Shown here: positions 59,716-64,000 of the stretch, piece by piece
Position numbering within the stretch: position 1 is the first letter of the stretch
Layout: every line of letters begins with the position of its first letter
From: Scyliorhinus canicula
Lineage: Eukaryota
Assembly: GCF_902713615.1 (NCBI RefSeq)
Contig: NC_052168.1
Location: forward strand, 5,704,001 to 5,768,000
DNA: 64,000 nt
Direction of reading: 5' to 3'
Program-made: the position numbers and the translations under genes
Notes under the pieces: model-generated
Database searches by the model: none
The model's input: the letters and a program-made list of their open reading frames with translations, nothing else
What the model was told of the DNA's origin: nothing

Positions 59716-60092
59716 CAGAGTTTTGGAATCCAGACCAGGTTGGAAGATTCATCTCGACGATGTCACTGCTTTTACTTTCCTTGACCTTCTTCAGATGTGA
59801 AAATGTCTCGTTGTTGAACTCTCCCATTTTAACTCAATGATAATTGGTTCCTTTTGCTGAAGTGGGTTTTCATAACCTGGACAAGTTTGTTACTGGCCAG
59901 GAGCAGTGGAGCTGATACAATATTCAAACAATCAGGTCACCTTGAGGGAATTTCCTAACCAACCACTGGACAGGGAAATGGAATTGTGGGAATGGGAGGG
60001 GGGGAATATCACTGAATCCAATGTCACCCACGGACACGTCTCCATTTACTGTGTTTGGGGACAGGCTGGAAGGAGCAGCTATTCCTGCTCGT

Positions 60093-61486
60093 ATAATCCA
60101 GGGAACTACAGGCCGATGAGCCTTACATAAGTGGTAGGGAAATTACTGGAGAGAATCCTTCGAGACAGGATCTACTCCCATTTGGAAGCAAATGGACGTT
60201 TTAGTGAGAGGCAGCACGGTTTTGTGAAGGGGAGGTCGTGTCTCACTAACTTGATAGAGTTTTTCGAAGCGGTCACAAAGATGATTGATGTAGGTAGGGC
60301 AGTGGATGTTGTCTATATGGACTTCAGTAAGGCCTTTGACAAGGTCCCTCATGGCAGACCTGTACAAAAGGTGAAGTCACACGGGATCAGGGGTGAGCTG
60401 GCAAGATGGATACAGAACTGGCTCAGTCATAGATGGCAGTGAGTAGCAATGGAAGGGTGCTTTTCTGATTGGAGGGCTGTGACTAGTGATGGCCGGCAGG
60501 GATCAGTGCTGGGACCTTTGCTGTTCGTAGTATATTTCAATGATTCGGAGGAAAATGTAACTGGTCTGATTAGTAAGTTTGCAGACGACACAAAGGTTGC
60601 TGGAATTGCGGATAGCGATGAGGACTGTCCGAGGATACAGCAGGATTTAGATCTTTTGGAGACTTGGGCGGAGAGGTGGCAGATGGAGTTTAATCCGGAC
60701 AAATGTGAGGTCATGCATTTTGGAAGGTCTAATGCAGGTAGGAAATATACAGTGAATGGTAGAACCCTCAAGAGTATTGACAGTCAGAGCGATCTTGGTG
60801 TACAGGTCTACAGGTCACTGAAAGAGGCAACACAGGTGGAGAAGGTAGTCAAGAAGGCATACGGCATGCTTGCCTTTATTGGCCAGGGCATTGAGTATAA
60901 GAATTAGCAAATCATGATGCAGCTGTATAGAACCTTAGTTAGGCCACACTTGGAGTACAGTGTTCAATTCTGGTCGCCACACTACCAGAAAGATGTGGAG
61001 GCTTTAGAGAGGGTGCAGAAGAGATTTACCAGGATATTGCCTGGTATGGAGGGCATTAGCTATGAGGAGCGGTTGAATGAACTCGGTATGTTCTCACTGG
61101 AACGACGAAGGTTGAGGGGCGACCTGATAGAGGTCTACAAAATTATGAGGGGCATAGACAGAGTGGATAGTCAGAGGCTTTTTCCCAGGGTAGAGGGGTC
61201 AATTACTAGAGGGTATAGGTTTAAGGTGTGAGGGGCAAGGTTTAGAGGAGATGTACGAGGCAAGTTTTTTTACACAGAGGGTAGTGGGTGCCTGGAACTC
61301 GCTGCCGGAGGAGGTGGTGGAAGCAGGGACGATAGTGACATTTAAGGGACATCTTGACAAATACATGAATAGGATGGGAATAGAGGGATACGCACCCCGG
61401 AAGTGAGAACATTTTAGTTTAGACGGGCAGCATGGTAGGCACAGGCTTGGAGGGCTGAAGGGCTTGCTCCTGTGCTGTTGTTCTTT
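60093..61486 (+). mobile_element. CR1 LINE RT fragment upstream of copy 9 (co-duplicated)
   Basis: Same junctions as 46741-48134 and identical ORF translations. Confidence 0.93.
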
Positions 61487-63362
61487 GTCAATGTTGTGTG
61501 TTAGATGATTCATTTTATGGTCAACTTTCAATGTGGCTGAAGGCTCTCGGGAGAGATGTCACCGATGGCACAGTTGACCCACCCGAAGAGAAAGTGTATC
61601 CGGGTATTTACACCGATTCTGGTGAAAAAGGATCCGAGATGCAGCGACTGTCCTGTGGTCAGAAAGGGCTTTGTCCAAACTGAGGGACATCACATGGTCA
61701 CTCAAATGGCCATCCAAGTGGGCACGAGAGACTTTGCTGAAGGTCTGGGTTACTGATGCTGAGGGAACTGCTGATTGATCCTTTCCACAGGAAACTCTTT
61801 GAATTCAATATCACAACCTGTAGGGAGTGGGGATGGGGATGGGGATGGGGATGAGAAGCTCAGAGTGGTGCAGAGAATAACAAACACTGACAGTGACCAG
61901 AAATTGTGAGTGATGCTGAGACAGGAACATGGAATGACTGAAACACCATGGTTTCCTCGAATTCCCTTTATTATTGTGTTGTGGCTTCACACATCCTCAA
62001 TTTTAAGAAGCCCTCCTGGTGTGCAGCATATTCAGCCCCTCCACTGCCCATTCCGTTGCTGCATTCTCACACCACTTACTGGTAGTTGACTGAAAATTCA
62101 TTATAGACAGTGCAGATCTCAACAATGTTCCTGAAACTAGTTTATAAACATGGATAACTGCAGGAGTGGCATCAATGTTGAATCCACTCCGAGTGCTCTT
62201 TCCAAGGACTGTGCAGACTGGATGGGCCGAATGGCCTCCTCTGCACTGTAGGGATTCTTTCTATTTATAGGGGCAAAGGAGACAAATAATGGCCCACTGG
62301 GATGAATATTATCGGTTATGAAATGCTTGATGCCCAAACCTAAACAAATACTTATTTTGGAGATGGGTTAGGGGAAATTAATGGAAGGTGTTTGTTAAGT
62401 CACATTTATAGGATGTGACTGGTCTTTGGCTGGATCACGGAGGGAGAATTCAGAGGGCAACTCAAGTACATCTTTTAGTACACGTGGGTGGAAAATCCAC
62501 ACAGACACTGGGAGATTGTGCAGACGTAGACAGACTTACACCAGGAACCAACCAAGGTCCCTGGTGCTGTGAAGTAACAATGTTAACTACTATGCTAACA
62601 TGTCACCCTTTGAAATGGTAGCAGTCGTGGATTTAGAGAGCATTGTCTAAGTAATCTTGGTGAGGTACTGCAGTGCATCTTGTAAATGGTACAGATGGCT
62701 ACTACTGTGCATCAGTGGAGGAGTGTTTGAATGTTTGTAGAAGGGGGAAGTAACCAAGCAGGCCTGCTTGTCTTGGATGGTGTTGAGCTTCTGAGTGTTG
62801 TTGGAGCTGCGCTCATCCAGGCAAGTGGAGAGTATTCCATCACACTCAATTTGTCAGTGAAGCAGCTTTGGGAGGGGGTGAGGATGTGGATTCTCACCTT
62901 AGGATTCCTAGCCTTTGAGCTGCTCTGGTAGCCACAGTATTAATGTGGCTAGTCCAGTTTCTGATCAAGTGGTAACCCCCAGGATATTGACTGATTCGTA
63001 ATCACACCCTGCTCAGTGCTAAATCATTCAGACCATCAAACTGCACTGAAATATTAAAAAAAACAGTGCTATGTGAACCCATTCATGGTTGAGATGTGGA
63101 GTGTACATGGAAATTAAACCTTCACCATGATCATGAAGAATGATGCTCAGACATCACATAGCTTGTATGTAACTGGGTGCAATATGAACTATGTCAGGAA
63201 ATAAAGGGGATTTCAAGTTTACAAGGAGGCAAAATAGTCATTTATTTACAGTTATGATGCTACAAGACCAGGTCCCGATTGCAACAAGACATGAGAGAAT
63301 TTGGTTTTTGCCTTCAATAATCTGGTTCCACCAAACAGAACAAGATTGTTCCCACTGTCAGT

Positions 63363-63875
<513 letters not shown>

Positions 63876-64000
63876 CTGAAAGAGGAAAGGCAGACAGCTC
63901 ATTGGATTCAGACACAAGGAAGAACAACCAGAAATTCACATTACTCACAGAAGGATATAGGGTGTGATTGTCCAGAAAGTTAAGTATCCGAGGAAGAACT

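Overview
Vertebrate genomic DNA; the tRNA-derived SINE, CR1 and L1/Tx1 repeat landscape suggests a cartilaginous fish (inference). The window is dominated by a head-to-tail tandem array of four-exon ferritin H-type subunit genes on the minus strand: nine complete copies and a tenth cut by the right edge. All have GT-AG phase-0 introns, open frames of 173 or 176 aa and the full ferroxidase ligand set. There are two sub-arrays: ~6.1 kb units (copies 1-4, C-terminus TLH/TLD) and ~6.7 kb units (copies 7-10, C-terminus TLGDSD), with copies 5 and 6 in between. Main points: (1) every complete copy has a TATAAATA box only 49-67 nt upstream of the ATG and no iron-responsive element, so this appears to be an amplified ferritin family outside IRP control, with a conserved TATA/CCAAT/GATA/CACCC-type promoter; (2) exons are nearly identical even at synonymous sites while introns between sub-arrays do not align, indicating exon-limited concerted evolution; (3) copies 2 and 3 look like chimaeras of copy-1-type 5' halves and copy-4-type 3' halves; (4) copies 4, 6 and 8 show signs of decay. 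Spacers carry CR1, L1/Tx1, solo LTRs and SINEs, several with readable target-site duplications (TSDs).
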